Of a stretch of 64,000 bases of DNA, positions 59,622 to 64,000 are shown one piece after another. Source of the DNA: Neocallimastix sp. 'constans'. Its lineage: Eukaryota. The notes below the pieces were generated by a model. It had not been told where the DNA came from, did not search any database, and saw only the letters and a list, made by a program, of their open reading frames with translations. The stretch is from assembly GCA_050613775.1 (NCBI GenBank), contig JBODTK010000138.1, positions 248,001 through 312,000 on the forward strand. The letters are read 5' to 3'. Every line of letters starts with the position of its first letter. The stretch's first letter is position 1. The translations under genes were made by a program, and so were the position numbers.

Positions 59622-60267
59622 TTAAAAGATATTATAAAAATATTGTAAAATGAAATGGTTATATGAATTGTTTTGATTTAAATTGTTATAAAAGAGTGGT
59701 TAAAATTTATGTTTAAGACTATTTAGAAAGAAAAAAAAAATTTTTTTCTTTTTGAAAATTTGAAAATAAAGAATTTATTCTAATAATTAATAAATCTAAT
59801 TATTTATAATAAATTTGATGTTAAAAAAATTTTATGTTCAATATATTTAAAAAGTGAATAGAACTTTAAAAATTAATTGGGTGTTAAGTAAAATTAAAAA
59901 TTAAGTTATGTATTAATAATTTATTTATTATGAAAAAACCTCTTTTTTTTTTTTTTTTTTTGGCAACAATTTAACAACTCACATAATCACATAGAGTTAG
60001 TTAAATTAATTTTAATGTGTCGGATTTAAATAATGTTTAATTTTTTTTTTTTTTCTTATAATTAATTTTCAAGTTTTACTATATTCTAGTTATTTGACTT
60101 AGAAAAAAAATTAATAAACCTTTATTTAATTTTTTATATAATTCATTATCAACATTATCATTATTATTAAAGTTTATATTTACTAATCCGAAATTAATAG
60201 CTTTTTGTCAAATTCATTTAGTAAAACCCATCTAGATATTTAAAACAATTATATATATATAAAAACG

Positions 60268-60299
<32 letters not shown>

Positions 60300-61706
60300 T
60301 TTTCTTCTTAAAAATAAAATTTAAAAAAACAAAAAAACAATCACAAATAATTATAAAGTTTTCATTTTGTTAAAGTTATAAGAAAGTATTTCAAAATTAA
60401 TAATAAAGCATTTTAATATCTATTAATTCCATTATTATTCGAAACATTTTTTTTTTCTTTTTTTCTTTTTTTGTTAATATATTTTTTATTTTTATTTTTA
60501 TTTGATTTAATAATAATATAATTTTTCCAATGAAAAATTAAATCATAAATATATTTTTTATAAATTAAATTTGATTAAAATAATTAAAAAATTTTTTTTT
60601 TTAAAAATTTAAATTTTGGTATTTTTTATCAGTTGTAAAACTCTTATATATATATTTTTTGTTTTATTATTATTATATATATATATTTTAGAGCATTTTA
60701 TAATTATATTTATAATAAAAATAATAATTATACATAACATTAAAAAAAAAAAGAAACTTATATCATATTTTAAATCGTATATGAAAAATATAAAATAATT
60801 CCTCTACCATTTTGTCATAATATATTTAATTTGAGTTTTGTTATAAATTCAAATGAAAATTATTGAAAGGTTGATTTAGGAAGTACTTTTAATTTGATAA
60901 AAATTTTTATTATTAGTATTTTTTTTTTTTTTTAAACAAGAAAGGAATAAAAAGAATAAAGTAAATATATATATATATTAGTACTAATACATTTATTTTT
61001 AAAAACTTTATTTTTGAAATTTAAAAATGAAAGACTATATATCTAACTATATAATATTAATTTAATTATTGGTATATAGAAAATAAAGTAAGAAAAGAAA
61101 GAAAAAAAAAAAAAAGAGGTTGAATTATTTATAGAATAAGTAAAGATAAGAAACTAGATAAAAGTAAAGGTATATAAATCTATTTTTTTTTAATTTCATT
61201 TTTGAATATTATAAGAAATAATAATATAAAAGTTTTATAAAAAAATAGAAAAAAAAATTTTTTTTTTTTATGACATATTTAATAATAAAAATAGTGAATA
61301 AAAAATTATACAATTCAATATTTTAAATAAAATGTGGATTTAAAATAAATATATAAAAATGGATTAAGGAAATATATCATTCAAAAAAAAAAAAAAAAAA
61401 AAAAAAAAATAATAAAATGAATAAATAAAAAATAAATGATAAATAATAAAGTAAAATACTAATAATAAAAAAAGTGTAATGAAAGAAAAAAGAATGAATT
61501 AGTATTAACATATTAAATATAGATAAATATATATTTATATAATAAATAATTAATGTTTCATTATTATTATTATTAAATTAAAAAATTAAAGAGAAATAAT
61601 ATATATATTATTTATATTTTTATATAAGGAAAAGAAAAAAAAAAAAAAAAAAAAAAAAGTAATAAATATTTTTATATTAAAAAAAAAAAAAAAAAACATT
61701 TCCAAA

Positions 61707-62179
61707 ATGATGAAAACTGAAAAAATTGACGCTGCTTTAATGAAGCATAGCAATGACTCTTTTATTTTAAAACAAAGAAGAGTTCATTTTAAACTTTCCA
61801 CTCGTCCAGATAGACAACAAGAAGATTTAAAGAAAAAATATTCACCAATTAATAATCCAGACGCTATTGGTCTTAAAAGTGAGAACCCGAAATTAATTTC
61901 AACAAAATCTTCTCAAAATCAGTCCGAAACCAGTGAAGATGTAGACAATGAATTTCAAAGACCAACATATACTTTATATAAAAAGGAAAAACTTAATTTA
62001 TCTTGGAATAAAATTTCTTCTATAGGTTCTGGTTTAAGAAACCTTGGTAATACCTGCTTTTTAAACTCTGTATTACAATGTTTAACTTATACTCCTCCAT
62101 TAGCAAATATTCTTTTAGCTTCAGAACATGGAAAAAAATGTATTTACCAAGTTTTCATTATAATTTCTATTATAATTTA

Positions 62180-62215
<36 letters not shown>

Positions 62216-62230
62216 ATGATTTTCTACCTG

Positions 62231-62261
<31 letters not shown>

Positions 62262-62442
62262 ATTTTTGATATATTATTAATATATATATATTTTTTTATT
62301 TATTTAAATTCTTAAATTTTTAATATAGGTAAAAATCAACAATTTTGTATGATGTGTGAATTAGAAAACCATGTTGCTATGGCCTTGGGTTCCGGTCAAG
62401 ATTCGATTGTTCCACGTTCAATTGCATCGAAAATAAAGAGTT

Positions 62443-62496
<54 letters not shown>

Positions 62497-62567
62497 TATA
62501 AAAATTTTTTTATAATATTATCTGTAGAAATGTTATATTTTATTTTGATTCAATAATATATTAGTGA

Positions 62568-62634
<67 letters not shown>

Positions 62635-62933
62635 TTATTTTATTTTATTTTATTTTATTTTATTTACTAATTTTATTATTTTTATTGAATATTTTAAATT
62701 AAAATTAAATTATTTTTTATTAGATATTGCAAAGCATATGAGAATTGGTAGACAGGAAGATGCTCATGAATTTTTAAGATTTGTTATTGAAAGATTACAA
62801 AATAGTGTTTTACGAGGATATGAAAAGTAATTATCATGAAAGAGATAAATAAATAAATGAATACAAAAAAAAAAAAAAAACAAAGATATTAAATAGATAT
62901 AGTATGGAGTAGATATAATAAATAAATAAATAA

Positions 62934-62972
<39 letters not shown>

Positions 62973-63590
62973 GATTTTATGTTTATTAACTATTTTTAAA
63001 ATTGTACTTGAAATTTATTGCTATTGCCTATCTTATTATTTTTCTAATCAACTAAATAGATTGGATAATAGAATAAAAGAAACTAATATGATTTATCAAA
63101 TATTTGGTGGCTATTTACAAAGTCAAGTTACATGCTTAGAGTGTAAATATAAATCAAATACCTTTGATCCATGTTTAGATATATCTTTAGATATTAAAGG
63201 ATGTGATAGTATTAAACGTGCTTTTGAATTATTTGTTAGATCAGAAACACTAACTCAAAGCAATAAATATAAGTGTTCAAGGTAAATAATATATATATTT
63301 TATTGTATGTATAATGTTTAACTTTATGTTATAAGAATATTAAAAAAAAATCTTTTTTTTTTAAACGATATAGATGTAAGAAACTTACCAATGCTCAAAA
63401 ACAAATTACTATATATGAAGCTCCAATGGTTTTAACTATACAATTAAAACGTTTTGATTTTACTAAATCGTTATCTGGTAGTGGTAAAATTGGTAAAATT
63501 ATTGATTTTGATGAAGTTTTGAGTTTAGGCCCGTATATGTCAAAGTCACACCAGGTAGTTATTTTACATAAATAATAATTAATAATATTA

Positions 63591-63635
<45 letters not shown>

Positions 63636-63762
63636 AATAAATAAAAAATAATAATAATATAATGATAATAATAATAATAATAAATAATAATAAATAATAA
63701 TAAATAATAAATAATAAATAATAAATAATAAATAATAATAATGATAATAATAAATAATAATA

Positions 63763-63801
<39 letters not shown>

Positions 63802-64000
63802 AAAAATAATGATGATGATAATAATAATAAATAATAATAAATAATAGTAATGAATAAATAGTAAATAATAATAATAATAATTTATTTATTTATTTATTTA
63901 TTTTATTAATATATATTGTTTTATTAGCATGAAAATCCAATATATCATTTATATGCTGTTTTAGTTCACCAAGGTAGTTCATGCAATTCAGGCCATTATT
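61707..64000 (+). CDS. Ubiquitin-specific protease (peptidase C19), USP36/USP42-like, 3'-partial; exons 61707-62139, 62329-62439, 62724-62826, 63060-63281, 63374-63554, 63928->64000
   Basis: Cys box GLRNLGNTCFLNSVLQCLTYTPPLAN, FCMMCELENHV, GRQEDAHEFLRF, IFGGYLQSQVTCLEC, DPCLDISLDI, YKCSRCKK, VLTIQLKRF and His box YHLYAVLVHQGSSCNSGHY. The CLTYTPPLAN and FCMMC motifs are typical of the USP36/42/17 group. Confidence 0.93.

Overview
Extremely AT-rich eukaryotic genomic DNA with GT-AG spliceosomal introns, long homopolymers and (AAT)n/(TTATTAT)n satellites. The composition and the style of the ankyrin and LINE sequences best fit an anaerobic gut fungus (Neocallimastigomycota); this is an inference, not a proof. 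Most ORF-track entries are low-complexity artefacts. Seven real genes could be built by hand: a 5-exon Pga1-like membrane protein (8.3-10.6 kb, +), an ankyrin-repeat protein (11.7-13.8 kb, -), a 3-exon type I membrane protein (22.1-24.1 kb, -), a 1239-aa intronless coiled-coil protein (48.2-52.0 kb, +), GPN1/NPA3 (54.0-56.7 kb, -), RPB10 (58.6-59.0 kb, -, missing from the ORF track) and a USP36/USP42-type deubiquitinase running off the right edge (+). Mobile-element relics include a dead Ty1/copia element, a LINE endonuclease fragment, a LINE RT fragment bracketed by inverted minisatellite arrays, two A-tailed retroposed 3' ends and a ~1 kb inverted-repeat element. The most unusual observations are introns whose 3' AG is preceded by a long poly(A) tract instead of a polypyrimidine tract, the inverted-array/LINE composite, and three adjacent genes linked to RNA polymerase biogenesis. 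No rRNA, tRNA or CRISPR array was seen.
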